NCBI GenBank assembly: GCA_965246715.1
Contig: CBDFFH010000005.1
Span: forward strand, 1-64,000
Source of the DNA: Chamaesiphon sp.
Lineage (GTDB): Bacteria; Cyanobacteriota; Cyanobacteriia; Cyanobacteriales; Chamaesiphonaceae
Direction of reading: 5' to 3'
DNA length: 64,000 bases
Both the position numbers and the translations under genes were made by a program. Under the pieces are notes generated by a model that had not been told where the DNA came from, did no database searches, and was given only the letters and a program-made list of their open reading frames with translations. Position 1 is the stretch's first letter, and the number at the start of each line of letters is the position of its first letter. Positions 30,802-42,130 of this stretch are shown piece after piece.

Positions 30802-33800
30802 TTAGACATAATTAAAATAGGTATTAGTGAGGCTCAGAGTATCGGCAGTTTGGATAAGGCCAATCAATTCGTTGGCAGTCGATCCAATCCGATACAGTCC
30901 CACACCACTGGTGCCAGAAATAGCAGAACCTAAGGTATAATCACTAGCACGACCGCTAAGTTGGATCGTATCTTCAACACTATTAAAATCAGTAATTAAA
31001 GCGTAATCATTCGCCCCTGCAATAATTGGATTGCCGCTATCGTAGTAAACTTTGCCAACTTCACCGAGGATAAACCGATCGAACCCGCCACCACCAGTGA
31101 GAATATCGATCGAGCCGCGACCCAGATCTGTTGTACCAAAACCGACTAAGATGTCGTTACCATTGCCACCCAAGAGGATATCGTTACCTTCTTGACCGAC
31201 TAAATAGTCGTCGCCGTCGCCACCTGAGAGAGTATCATTACCTGCATTAGCGTAGATAAAATCGTTACCCGCACCGCCAAAGATATTGTCTACTCCAGTG
31301 CCACCAAAGATATTATCGTTGCCGTCGCCGCCATCGAGGAGATTATTACCCGCCACGCCATAGAGTTCGTCATTACCCGCACCGCCATAAATTTGGTTAT
31401 TGCCGTTGCTGCCATAGAGCTTATCGTTACCAGCACCGCCATCGAGCAGATCGTCGCCAGTTTCGGCATAGAGGATGTCATCGCCATCTTGTCCGTAGAG
31501 GAAGTCATTACCATTGCCGCCATAGATCGTATCGTTATCGGCACCACCAGAGATAGTATCGATCCCGTCGCCACCTTTGAGCGTGTCTTGTCCGCTACCT
31601 GCTTGGATCGTGTCATTCCCGGCTCCTCCATCGATCGAGTCATTGCCGCTACCGCTAGTAATTAGATCGTTACCATCGCCACCGAGAATGATGTTATTGC
31701 CATCGCCAGCATTGATAATATCGTCGCCTACACCACCATCGATATTGTCGTTACCAGTACCCGTGGTAATTGCATCGTTACCCGCACCGCCAAACACTTT
31801 AAACGCAGTCGCCGAAGTAGCGGTAAAGATGTCATTGCCCGTGCCACCGATGACGGATTCGATGCTAGTCGTATCGAGGTTGAGAGTTACTGCATTACCA
31901 TTTTCAACATAGGCGGTATCGTAGCCAGAACCGCCATTGATGCTGTCTTCGCTATCGAAGTAGATTATGTCGTTACCCGCGCCACCAGAGATCGTATCGG
32001 CTCCAGCTCCACCTTTGATGACATCGTTACCCGCACCACCGTCGAGGATATCGTTACCCGTACCACCATCGATCGAGTCTGCTCCAGTACCGCCAGTAAT
32101 GCGATCGTTACCAGCTTCGCCCATCAGGGTATTAGTGCCGCCAGCAGCCGTAATCGTATCGTTACCATCGCCACCAAATAAGGTGCTGTTGCCAGTGCCA
32201 CTGGTGAGAGTATCGTTACCGCCATAGCCGAACATTTTCACGGCGGTGCTAGAGGTAGCTGTAAATACATCATCACCCGCACCACCAGCGACTTCTTCAA
32301 TGCTCGTAGCATCGAGATTGAGGGTAACTCCAGTGCTGCCTTGATAATTAGCAACATCGTAACCCGCGCCACCATTAATAGTATCGAGATTATCGAAGTT
32401 GAGGATGTCGTTACCCCCCCCACCAGTGAGAATATCGGTACCAGCTCCACCCGTTAAAGTATCATTACCATCGCCACCGTCGAGGGTGTCATTACCCGCG
32501 CCGCCGTCAAGGATGTCGTTACCCGCGCCAGCATTAATGGTATCGTTACCATCTTCACCGTAGAAACTTTCATGCCCAGCACCACCAATTAAGGTATCAT
32601 TACCACCTTGTCCGTGCATTTCGACGCTACCAGTACCAGAATTGGTGAAGGTATCATCGCCACTTGCACCATAGGCAACCTCGATGTTCGTCGCACCCAA
32701 ATTGAGAGTAATAGCTTGAGTACCTTGCAAAATTGCCGTATCGTAACCCGCACCACCATCGATCGAGTCGCTAGTATCGAACTTTAAGGTATCATTACCA
32801 TCGCCACCAAGGAGGGTATCGGCACCAGCACCACCGTCGAGGGTATCATTTCCGGCACCGCCGAGGAGGGTATCATTACCAGCATCGCCTTGGAGACTAT
32901 CGTTGCCATCACCACCGGAGAGGGCATCGTTACCATCGCCACCGAGGAGGGTATCTTCACCAGCCGCACCGAAGATCGTATCGTCGCCCGTACCGCCGTT
33001 GAGATAGTCGTTGGCGCTACCACCAGAGATATTATCTTGTCCGCCATTCCCAAAGATCGTTACGCTAGTCGCGGATAAACTACCACTGCCATTGGTATTA
33101 GTAAAGGTATCGTTACCTGCATTGCCTTGAACTTGTTCGATGCCACTAGCACCCAGATCCAGACTAGCTCCAGCTATAGAATCTACAATTGCCACATCAT
33201 AACCATCGCCACCGAGAACGCTAGTATCGGCAGCATCAAAGAATAACACATCGTTACCCGCGCCACCCTGCAAGCGATCGATTCCCGCACCGCCACTGAT
33301 GACATCATCGCCGCTACCACCATCGATCGTATCATTGCCATCGTTGCCAGCTAACCAGCCGTCGTTACCAGCACCGCCATCGAGGGTGTCATTACCGCTA
33401 CCGCCTTCGAGGACATCTTTACCATCACCACCAGCGAGCAAATCGTTACCATCACCGCCATTGAGGTAGTCATCGCCTGCATCGCCGCTGAGATTATCAT
33501 CATCGGCATTACCAAAAATGGAATCGTTACCGTCGCCACCGCTGATGGTGTCGTTACCCGCACCACCAGAAAGCGCGATATCGTTACCAGCACCACCGCT
33601 AATCAGATCGGCACCGTCGCCGCCATCGACAATATCCGCACCATCGCCAGCAATAATGGTATCGTTACCAGCACCACCTTTGAGAGTGTCATCGCCAGTA
33701 CCGCCATCGAGGACATCTACACCATCGCCACCATCGAGGATGTCATTGCCATCGCCACCATACAATCGATCGTCACCTTCATTCCCCAGTACGATGTCAT

Positions 33801-36213
33801 TACCCGCATCGCCGTAGACGAGATCGTTACCCGCGCCACCTGCAACCACATCGTTACCGATACCACCATAGACAGTATCATCGCCGGCACCACCATCAAG
33901 CCAACCATCATCACCCTCACCACCGATAAGGATATCGTTACCCGCGCCACCCATCAGGATATCGTTACCGATGCCACCATCCAGGGTGTCGTTACCAGCA
34001 CCGCCATCAAGAACATCGTTACCCGCCTCACCATAGATGAGATCGTTGCCATCGCCACCGGATAGCCAGGTATCATTCCCCTCGCCACCATAAATTTTGT
34101 CATCACCAATTCCGCCTTCGATGCTGTCATTACCAATACCGCCATAGAGGAGATCGTTACCCGCACCACCATTGAGGGAGTCGTTACCATCGCCACCATA
34201 CAGAGTATCGACACCATCTTCGCCAGCCAAGACATCATCGCCATTACCGCCAACGAGCAAATCGTCACCAGTACCGCCCAAGAGAGTATCGTTACCGTCG
34301 CCACCATCGAGAGCGTCATTACCAGCACCACCATTGAGAAAATCATTGCCAGCCAAACCCATCAGGCTATCGGCACCATCATCACCATAGATCGAGTCTG
34401 TATCTTGTCCGCCGATGAGGGTATCGTTTCCATCTTCACCGTAGAGAACGTTATTGCCACTACCACCTTGTACTAAGTCATCGCCACTACCACCATGGAG
34501 AATATCGTCGCCAGCACCACCATCTAAAATGTCATTATCTTCGCCACCGTCGAGGATATCATTACCATCTCCACCAGAGAGGGTATCGTTGCCAGCCATT
34601 CCCAGCAACACATCATCGCCAGCATCGCCATAAAGAGTATCATCCCCTTCCGCACCGCGCATTTTATCATTGCCATTGCCACCATAAATGGTGTCATTTC
34701 CTTCGCCACCATACAAGCAGCCGTCATCGCCTTCGCCGCCGTAGATGATATCATTGCCAGCTCCGCCGTCGATCCAATCGTGTCCATCGCCGCCGTAGAT
34801 GATATCGTCGCCAGCACCGCCACTGAGATTATCCTCACCAGCACCGCCGTACAGAGTATCGTTACCCGCATCGCCATCGACGATATCGTTACCATCTCCA
34901 CCCATTAGAAGATCCGCACCATCGCCACCTTTGAGTGTATCGTCACCAGTACCACCATCGATCGTATCGTTACCGACACCGCCATCCAGGAGATCGACAC
35001 CAGCACCGCCGTAGAGAGTATCGTTACCCGCATCACCATAGAGCGCGTCGTTACCATCGCCGCCATAGAGTGTGTCATTCCCATCACCCGCAATTAAAAT
35101 ATCATTGCCAGCCTCACCATAGAGCGTGTCATTCCCATCACCGCCGACGAGATAGTCGTCGCCATTCCCAGCAATTAAGGTATCGTCACCAGCTTCGCCA
35201 TAGAGTGCGTCATTACCATCGCCACCGATGAGTTTATCATTGCCCAAACCACCTTTAAGCAGATCGACACCTGCTCCGCCATCGAGGACATCATTACCAT
35301 CCCCACCATCCAGGTAATCATCGCCAGTACAACCATAGAGAGTATCTTGTCCGTCACCACCCATTAATTTATCGTTATCGTCACCACCCATTAATTTATC
35401 GTCACCTGCGCCGCCATCGAGGACATCATTTCCTGCGTCCCCATAGAGGACATCGTTGCCGTCGCCACCAGACATCCAGTAGTCGTCGCCAGCACCGCCG
35501 ATGAGTGTATCATCTCCAGCTTCGCCCTCTAACACATCGTTACCGTCGCCGCCGATGAGTTTATCGTTACCCGCACCACCTTTGAGATAGTCAGCACCCT
35601 CGCCGCCATCTAAGACATCATTGCCATCGCCACCATCGAGATAGTCATTACCAGTACCACCTTGGAGCAGATCGGCACCAGCACCACCCATTAATTTGTC
35701 ATTGCCCGTACCGCCATTGAGGATATCGTCGCCATTACCGCCATCGAGGATATCGTCTCCAGCGTCGCCATTGATGATATCGTTGCCATCGCCACCAGAG
35801 AGCCAGTAATCATCGCCCTCACCGCCATTAATTTGGTCGTCACCCGCACCACCTTCGATCGAGTCTTTGCCTAAATTTCCCAACAGCACATCATTGCCAT
35901 TTCCACCGATGATGATGTCGTCATACTCACTGACACCGTTAGCGGAGGTAGTCGCAAATCCATTACCAGTAGAATCGATCGAGCCGATATAGACATATTT
36001 ACCCGTAATCGCATCTCTAACCCATCCAGCGCGATCTCCATGGTCGCCATCGACCCAATCATCGCCATCATCAGCGATTAGGGTATCGTTACCCACGCCG
36101 CCTTGGATCGTGTCATCCCCTGCCATACCGACGATGAAATTATCGTTGCTGTCTCCATACAAGTTGTCATCATTATTAGTACCAACGATAAAAGTTAAAT
36201 TAGATGATGTCAT
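30802..36213 (-). CDS. Giant RTX-type (hemolysin-like Ca-binding) repeat protein, 1803 aa
   Basis: Long runs of GGxGxDxLx nonapeptides; C-terminal DRFILG..YYD..DYALITDF module. Confidence 0.93.
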   Translation of the reverse strand: MTSSNLTFIVGTNNDDNLYGDSNDNFIVGMAGDDTIQGGVGNDTLIADDGDDWVDGDHGDRAGWVRDAITGKYVYIGSIDSTGNGFATTSANGVSEYDDIIIGGNGNDVLLGNLGKDSIEGGAGDDQINGGEGDDYWLSGGDGNDIINGDAGDDILDGGNGDDILNGGTGNDKLMGGAGADLLQGGTGNDYLDGGDGNDVLDGGEGADYLKGGAGNDKLIGGDGNDVLEGEAGDDTLIGGAGDDYWMSGGDGNDVLYGDAGNDVLDGGAGDDKLMGGDDNDKLMGGDGQDTLYGCTGDDYLDGGDGNDVLDGGAGVDLLKGGLGNDKLIGGDGNDALYGEAGDDTLIAGNGDDYLVGGDGNDTLYGEAGNDILIAGDGNDTLYGGDGNDALYGDAGNDTLYGGAGVDLLDGGVGNDTIDGGTGDDTLKGGDGADLLMGGDGNDIVDGDAGNDTLYGGAGEDNLSGGAGDDIIYGGDGHDWIDGGAGNDIIYGGEGDDGCLYGGEGNDTIYGGNGNDKMRGAEGDDTLYGDAGDDVLLGMAGNDTLSGGDGNDILDGGEDNDILDGGAGDDILHGGSGDDLVQGGSGNNVLYGEDGNDTLIGGQDTDSIYGDDGADSLMGLAGNDFLNGGAGNDALDGGDGNDTLLGGTGDDLLVGGNGDDVLAGEDGVDTLYGGDGNDSLNGGAGNDLLYGGIGNDSIEGGIGDDKIYGGEGNDTWLSGGDGNDLIYGEAGNDVLDGGAGNDTLDGGIGNDILMGGAGNDILIGGEGDDGWLDGGAGDDTVYGGIGNDVVAGGAGNDLVYGDAGNDIVLGNEGDDRLYGGDGNDILDGGDGVDVLDGGTGDDTLKGGAGNDTIIAGDGADIVDGGDGADLISGGAGNDIALSGGAGNDTISGGDGNDSIFGNADDDNLSGDAGDDYLNGGDGNDLLAGGDGKDVLEGGSGNDTLDGGAGNDGWLAGNDGNDTIDGGSGDDVISGGAGIDRLQGGAGNDVLFFDAADTSVLGGDGYDVAIVDSIAGASLDLGASGIEQVQGNAGNDTFTNTNGSGSLSATSVTIFGNGGQDNISGGSANDYLNGGTGDDTIFGAAGEDTLLGGDGNDALSGGDGNDSLQGDAGNDTLLGGAGNDTLDGGAGADTLLGGDGNDTLKFDTSDSIDGGAGYDTAILQGTQAITLNLGATNIEVAYGASGDDTFTNSGTGSVEMHGQGGNDTLIGGAGHESFYGEDGNDTINAGAGNDILDGGAGNDTLDGGDGNDTLTGGAGTDILTGGGGNDILNFDNLDTINGGAGYDVANYQGSTGVTLNLDATSIEEVAGGAGDDVFTATSSTAVKMFGYGGNDTLTSGTGNSTLFGGDGNDTITAAGGTNTLMGEAGNDRITGGTGADSIDGGTGNDILDGGAGNDVIKGGAGADTISGGAGNDIIYFDSEDSINGGSGYDTAYVENGNAVTLNLDTTSIESVIGGTGNDIFTATSATAFKVFGGAGNDAITTGTGNDNIDGGVGDDIINAGDGNNIILGGDGNDLITSGSGNDSIDGGAGNDTIQAGSGQDTLKGGDGIDTISGGADNDTIYGGNGNDFLYGQDGDDILYAETGDDLLDGGAGNDKLYGSNGNNQIYGGAGNDELYGVAGNNLLDGGDGNDNIFGGTGVDNIFGGAGNDFIYANAGNDTLSGGDGDDYLVGQEGNDILLGGNGNDILVGFGTTDLGRGSIDILTGGGGFDRFILGEVGKVYYDSGNPIIAGANDYALITDFNSVEDTIQLSGRASDYTLGSAISGTSGVGLYRIGSTANELIGLIQTADTLSLTNTYFNYV

Positions 36214-36481
36214 TTTTTGCTGCTCCTATAACTGAATAGTTAAAATATTTAATCGATTGCAGCTTTTGAAAAATATTCGATCGAGCCGCTCACAAGACTT
36301 TTATATCTCGATTGCACAGGTGTAGAACATGCTGAAATTACCAATCTTTTTCTAGGTGCAAATACTAGAAAGTCACTCAGTAAGCTCTAAAATCCAGTGA
36401 CAGAGCCAAGATTTTCTACGTAAGATCGGGAACACACAAACAGCGGATGTCGATCGCCTGAATGTGAGTTTGTATAAATAA

Positions 36482-36516
36482 CATATCCCCGACTTTTGCA
36501 AAAAGTCGGGGATATG
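36482..36516. terminator. Strong hairpin downstream of the response regulator (terminator or small palindromic repeat)
   Basis: CATATCCCCGACTTTT-GCA-AAAAGTCGGGGATATG, 16-bp stem. Confidence 0.6.
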
Positions 36517-36563
36517 AGTGAATGCTGACGACTGAGTACCGAACTCGAGAACGATCGATTATG

Positions 36564-37268
36564 TTAATTTCCGCCACTGTTGAGTAAATTAAATTGTTTG
36601 AGAAAGCTGACATTATCCGGTGTCAAAAACTTATGCAGTCCCTCAACTTCATTGAGCAATTTAATTTCTTGCTGACATTCAGCCCGCAAAATTTCCAAAT
36701 GTCGATCGCGTGTGGCTCCCGATGGTAAACTTTGAATTGTTGCTAAAGCTAGGCTAATTTTAGTCACTGTTTGACGTAATTCTGCAGTAAAACTTTCAAA
36801 GATCCGATCTTTAGCTTGGTTGAAAGTTTGTAAATTTTGAATTTTCTTACTGAAATTTTGATATTCTTGATGTCTGTTAAAATAATGCTGCATCATTCTC
36901 GCACTGCGTTCTAGCTGGATGCGGACGGCTTTTAATAATTCATCACCAGTAAAAGGTTTGGTCAAATAGTCATTTGCACCTAGTTCCATCCCTTGACGGC
37001 GATCCTGGTGGACGGATTGCGCTGTCAAAAAGATAAACGGTATAATCGCTGTTTCTGGATGATTTCGCAAGGCAGCCAAGACTTGATAGCCATCCATTGC
37101 TGGCATCAGAATATCGGAAACGATCAGATCGGGGCACTCTTTTATCGCCAACTTCACCCCAATATCACCATTCTCAGCGACGATCGTTTGAAAATTTTCC
37201 AATTCTAAAATTTCCTGAATATTGTGCCTAACATCGGCAGTATCTTCAATAATTAAAATCTTATTCAT
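36564..37268 (-). CDS. Response regulator (REC plus degenerate HisKA-like helical tail)
   Basis: ILIIED, PDLIVSDILMP, FIFLTA, GANDYLTKPF. Confidence 0.9.
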   Translation of the reverse strand: MNKILIIEDTADVRHNIQEILELENFQTIVAENGDIGVKLAIKECPDLIVSDILMPAMDGYQVLAALRNHPETAIIPFIFLTAQSVHQDRRQGMELGANDYLTKPFTGDELLKAVRIQLERSARMMQHYFNRHQEYQNFSKKIQNLQTFNQAKDRIFESFTAELRQTVTKISLALATIQSLPSGATRDRHLEILRAECQQEIKLLNEVEGLHKFLTPDNVSFLKQFNLLNSGGN

Positions 37269-37519
37269 AGCCGCTCGATCTTGACACTTTTATAACTTAA
37301 TATGCCCAAAATTTATTAAAGTATTTCATTAGTTCGAATTTTGCATATATTCTTTTATGATGCTTCAAGCCGATCGAGAACGCACCTATTCTTCGTGTTC
37401 TCCGTTGTCAGGCAGATCGATCGTGAAACAACTCCCTACCCTCGCTCTAGTTATTTCTAACGATCGATATCTTTATTTCAGCTACCTAAAACCAAAGCGG
37501 TTTGTGGAAAAATCTGCTG

Positions 37520-40500
37520 CTATCTGGCGTTGACGAGTGTTTCGATCGTCGAAACAAGTTGACTGAGCCTGAAAGGTTTACTCATATATTCATTTGCTCC
37601 CGCATCTAAGCATTTTTGGCGATCGTTGGGCATGGCTAGAGCTGTCAAGGCAACGATTGGAATCGTAGCGCAATCGGGGAGCTGACGAATGCACCGAGTT
37701 GTCTCAAAACCATCCATTCCTGGCATCTGAATGTCCATCAAAATGATGTCAGGACGTTGTTGGATCTCAGCCGGCTCATTAGCGCATTCGAGTAGAGAAA
37801 TTGCTTTGTGGCCGCTTTGGGCCACAGAGATCGCATAACCACGACTTTTAAGATAGGTAGTCATAGTTTCGATATTGCCCTCATCATCTTCCACCAACAA
37901 AATCGAGGTTTGAGACTTAACCACTAGAGTTGCCGCCGGAGCGGTATCTGTCGTCAGCGGATATACGAGCGGATCGGCTGAGACAACTGCAATCTCTGGA
38001 CTCGGGTCGCAAGGTATCAAGATCGTAAAACAACTGCCCCGATTTACTTCACTCTGGACAGAGACATTACCGCCATGCATTTCCACAATCCGCTTGACTA
38101 ATGCTAATCCCAGCCCCGTTCCCGCATACTGACGACTGAGACTGCTATCAATTTGGACGAAGGACTGAAACAGTTTATCCATGTTCTCAGGGGCAATCCC
38201 AATCCCTGTATCGATAATCGAGAAGGCAATTTGCCATCGAGGTTGTGCTGGGGATTGTGGCTCAATCGATCTAGGACCGTCTCCCCCTCGTCCGTCCACA
38301 ACCCGCACATCCAAAGTAATATCCCCCCCTTCAGGAGTAAATTTGACAGCATTGCTGAGTAAATTGATCAGGACTTGACGAAAGCGGAGATCGTCTACCC
38401 GAACTTTTAGCTGTTTGAGCGGTTCTGGTAGTTGGGTATTCAATCTAATTTGCCGTTTGTGGGCGAGTTCTTTGATAAATAAAACACTATTTTGACATAG
38501 CAATTGAATCGATACATCTGTCAATTCAAGTGTAAACTTATTAGCTTCGATCTTAGAAAGATCGAGAATATCATTGATTAAAGCGAGGAGATGTTTGCCG
38601 CTCTTTTCGATCGTAAAAATTGACTTTTGTTGTCGCTCGTTGATGGCACCAAAAACCTGGTCTTGTAAGCTTTCAGATAGACCTAAAATGGCATTGAGCG
38701 GCGTGCGCAGCTCGTGACTCATACTTGCCAAAAACTCATCCTTGAGTCGAGTGGCACGAGCAAGTTCTTGGTTGGAGATGGCAAGTTTGTGGTTACTTTC
38801 TAGCAATCGTGCCTCTGCTTGCGCTCTTTCTGTCAATTCTTGCTGTAACTTCTCAAACAAATTTGCTTGATGAATGGCGATCGCGAGTTTGTCAGCAATT
38901 TGTTGGAGTAATTTGGCTTCAGCATCCTGCCAACAACGTTGAGAGCTACAGGAATGGATACTCAGCAATCCCCACAGATGCGGTTCATCCCAAGTCTCGA
39001 TCTCCGGATCGGTTTCACTATTGCCAGATAGCAGTAAGATCGGTGCGACAATTTTAGACTTAACCTGGATGTTCTCTATATATTCCTGCAAATGTACCGA
39101 CCAGGGATCTTGCTGGAAATCGACGACAATATTGGTGTTACCATTTAAGTAGAATTCAAATTCTTCGTCGCTTAATCGTTCATTTTCCCAATTTCTCACC
39201 AGTACACTAGGATATTCGGGCGAGACAACTTCTTCGACAGCGCGCAGCCGAAGATCGGGAGATACCCTGAAAATAGCCACCCGATCGACCATCATTAATT
39301 CCTTGACGCGGACAGTTGCCGTTGCCAGAACTTCTTCTACTTTCAACGAATTGCGGATTTGCTGAGCGATCGCGCCTAGTGTTTTTTGCTGGAGCAGTTG
39401 GTGGGCGATCTCCTCTTCTGCCCGCCAGCGGATATCTAGTTCTAACTGGACTTTTTGATAGAGGGTTGCTTGTTGAATGCCAATCCCGATCTGTTCGGCA
39501 ATTTGTTTGGCAAAATTAATTTCACTCTCTTGCCAAGACCGATACGCTTGGCAATGATGGATACAGAGCAATCCCCATAAGCTGGAACCATCGAACAATG
39601 GGATGACTAAATTTGCCCGCACCTGAAATTTTTTGGCTAAAATCTGAATCTCATAATCCGGCAATCCAGTCGGATGGATATCTTCTAGTACATTGATTCG
39701 ATCTCGATCGTACCTCCGTGTTAACTGTTCGCCAAAATGAGCATCGTAAATTTTTACTCCCAAAATCGGCTCGAATTCATTACCTACAGATTCGGCAACA
39801 AATTCACCCTCATTAAAGTTGAGCTGGGGATCGAATTTAAAGATCCCCACTCGATCTGTATTCATAAATTGACGGATCTCTTGCACCGCAGTCCCAAAAA
39901 TAGTCTTGAGATCTAGAGATCGCCGAATCCGCTGGGTAATTCCGCGCAAAACTGATTCCCGTTCCGCTTGTTGCCGAATTATTTGTTCGTTCTGGAGGCG
40001 GATCGCTTCGTCGCGCTTGGTTGCGGTGATATCAAAGTTGATGCCAATGATGCTGTATGGACGTTCTTGTTCGTCCCGTTGTACCAGTCCATAAGCTTTG
40101 ATAAAATGGATACTATTATCGGGATGAATAACTCGAAATTCTGTGTCGAATTCCGCCTCACCTAAAAGCGCTTGTGCTAGCAGAGCTTCAGTCTGAGTCC
40201 GATCGTCTAGATGGATAGTCCTAGCCCAGGTGGCGTAAGCCTCACCATGTTCGGAGCCGGGAAGGGCTGGTTGTGCCCCATATAGTTCGTACATGCGATC
40301 GTCCCAAATCAAGCAATCTCGAATAATGTCCCATTCCCAACAGCCGACAGCACCAGACTTGAGTGACAAAGACAACCGTTCTGATATTCTGTGCAATTTA
40401 GTTTCGGTGTGTTTGCGCTCGGTAATGTCTTGATAGGTGCCCATTACGCCGATGATTTCACCCTTGAGATTACGCAACGGTATCTTGTGGGTCTCGACCC

Positions 40501-41908
40501 AGATCGAGGTCCCATCTGAATGAGTTTGGGTTTCGATAATTCCCAATTTTGCCACACCTGATTCGATGACCTGTCGATCGTCAGCGCGGTAAATATTGCC
40601 TTCCATTTCACCCCAGACAAGATCGTAGTCGGTTTTGCCGACGATCTCTTCAGGGTAGGTCAAATTAGCATTTTGAGCGAAGTTGGAGTTACAACCCAAA
40701 TAACGAGATTCTCGGTCCTTCCAAAATACGGCCAGTGGTAAAGTCTCAATTAAAGTTTGCAAAAATTGCCGAGATTCGCTCAAGGCTACTGCTGCTTGCT
40801 TGCGGATTGCGGCTTCGCGCTTGGCGGTGGAAATATCCTGGAAAATGCCCCGGATTGCCACAGCATGTCCATCCACATAGCGATAATTCAAACTACCTTC
40901 GACAATTGCTTCTTGGTTGGTTTTGGTCAGCAACTTCAGCTCTAGGCGATCGATAGTTGGGAATATTCCGGCCTGCAACTGTTGGATCAGATTCTGAAAC
41001 CGATCGTGTTCGTCTGGGTGCAAAATATCAAAAATCGTGAGTCGATCGATTTCTGGTGTTGGATAACCTAGCTTTGCTTGCCATGCTCGGTTGACATATT
41101 CAAATTTGCCATCGTTGATGGCAATACTCTGGATCAAATCGTTGGCATTATCAAAAAATTCCTGAAGTTGAGTTTCTCGCTCTTGTAATTGGGTGGTGCA
41201 TTGCTCGATTCTAGATTCCAGTTCGGCGTTGAGACTGTAAACTCGTTCGTATTTGGCTGTGAGTTCTTTGGTGCGCTCCTCAACGTGAAATTCTAAGTCA
41301 TCATCATTCCACCTGGGCTGTTGGCTAGTCTGCCGTTCCACCAGTGCGACTTTTGCGCCTAAACTTAGTACCTGCGATCCTAATGCCTCAATTAAATTGT
41401 ACAGAGCTAGTGGATCTAACATTCGGTGGAGACTCTCAGGAGTTACTAGTCCCACCACACAATGACGCTCGTCAACAATTGGTAAGTGGTCGATCTGGTG
41501 TCGATCGAGTAGATTAGCCGCTACAAATATATTGGTAAAATCCGTTGCTCTGATGGTGATGACATTCGCTCTCATCACATCACGGATTGATACATTGGCT
41601 AAATTTCGGTCTTCGGCTCTGAGCCGCACGAGATCTGATGCTGTCACAATACCCAACAGTTTCCCGTCTTCAACGATCGAGAGCCAACTACTTGGCTCGG
41701 GTGCTTCCTGTGGGAGCGATAATCGATCCAATCGACTGCTATCTACCGACGAATCGACTACTTGAGTACCGCTGAGGTAGGCAATCGCCGCCATTACCGT
41801 CGTCTCTGGAGTCACCACTAGGGGTTGACAGACAAATCTCTGCCATAGTGGCTGCGCCAACGCTGAGAGAAGTTCAGATTGAGGGAGAATCGGTACAGGG
41901 TTTAGCAT
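37520..41908 (-). CDS. Hybrid histidine kinase: CBS-CBS, 3 PAS, 2 GAF, HisKA, HATPase, REC
   Basis: MSHELRTPLN, NLLSNAVKFT, DTGIGI, GTGLGL, ILMDIQMP; PAS and GAF patterns. Confidence 0.95.
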   Translation of the reverse strand: MLNPVPILPQSELLSALAQPLWQRFVCQPLVVTPETTVMAAIAYLSGTQVVDSSVDSSRLDRLSLPQEAPEPSSWLSIVEDGKLLGIVTASDLVRLRAEDRNLANVSIRDVMRANVITIRATDFTNIFVAANLLDRHQIDHLPIVDERHCVVGLVTPESLHRMLDPLALYNLIEALGSQVLSLGAKVALVERQTSQQPRWNDDDLEFHVEERTKELTAKYERVYSLNAELESRIEQCTTQLQERETQLQEFFDNANDLIQSIAINDGKFEYVNRAWQAKLGYPTPEIDRLTIFDILHPDEHDRFQNLIQQLQAGIFPTIDRLELKLLTKTNQEAIVEGSLNYRYVDGHAVAIRGIFQDISTAKREAAIRKQAAVALSESRQFLQTLIETLPLAVFWKDRESRYLGCNSNFAQNANLTYPEEIVGKTDYDLVWGEMEGNIYRADDRQVIESGVAKLGIIETQTHSDGTSIWVETHKIPLRNLKGEIIGVMGTYQDITERKHTETKLHRISERLSLSLKSGAVGCWEWDIIRDCLIWDDRMYELYGAQPALPGSEHGEAYATWARTIHLDDRTQTEALLAQALLGEAEFDTEFRVIHPDNSIHFIKAYGLVQRDEQERPYSIIGINFDITATKRDEAIRLQNEQIIRQQAERESVLRGITQRIRRSLDLKTIFGTAVQEIRQFMNTDRVGIFKFDPQLNFNEGEFVAESVGNEFEPILGVKIYDAHFGEQLTRRYDRDRINVLEDIHPTGLPDYEIQILAKKFQVRANLVIPLFDGSSLWGLLCIHHCQAYRSWQESEINFAKQIAEQIGIGIQQATLYQKVQLELDIRWRAEEEIAHQLLQQKTLGAIAQQIRNSLKVEEVLATATVRVKELMMVDRVAIFRVSPDLRLRAVEEVVSPEYPSVLVRNWENERLSDEEFEFYLNGNTNIVVDFQQDPWSVHLQEYIENIQVKSKIVAPILLLSGNSETDPEIETWDEPHLWGLLSIHSCSSQRCWQDAEAKLLQQIADKLAIAIHQANLFEKLQQELTERAQAEARLLESNHKLAISNQELARATRLKDEFLASMSHELRTPLNAILGLSESLQDQVFGAINERQQKSIFTIEKSGKHLLALINDILDLSKIEANKFTLELTDVSIQLLCQNSVLFIKELAHKRQIRLNTQLPEPLKQLKVRVDDLRFRQVLINLLSNAVKFTPEGGDITLDVRVVDGRGGDGPRSIEPQSPAQPRWQIAFSIIDTGIGIAPENMDKLFQSFVQIDSSLSRQYAGTGLGLALVKRIVEMHGGNVSVQSEVNRGSCFTILIPCDPSPEIAVVSADPLVYPLTTDTAPAATLVVKSQTSILLVEDDEGNIETMTTYLKSRGYAISVAQSGHKAISLLECANEPAEIQQRPDIILMDIQMPGMDGFETTRCIRQLPDCATIPIVALTALAMPNDRQKCLDAGANEYMSKPFRLSQLVSTIETLVNAR

Positions 41909-42130
41909 GTTGTGTTGGAAAGTATGCTCTTGTTTAGAGTGCCCTCACTTCAAGTCAAAATGACCACTTTGAATCCGAGCGTGTTATATCTATCTCAGTC
42001 TATATTTGAGCCGATCGTCACCCAGCATTGGGAGATCGGGATGTATTCTCGGTACTGATGGCAAGTAGAGAGTTAATTTGGCGATCGAAATGGGCATTTT
42101 AGAATATATATAGATATGGAAGTAATTTAG

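Noticed and set aside
31290..36071. Many alternative-frame ORFs within the RTX gene (M/V/A-rich, SLPAPP, HHR)
   Set aside because: Shadow frames of 27-nt repeat codon bias; no independent coding evidence
30802..36213. 27-nt periodicity resembling a CRISPR or other DNA repeat array
   Set aside because: Repeats are in-frame nonapeptide codons with synonymous variation and no unique spacers; no cas genes
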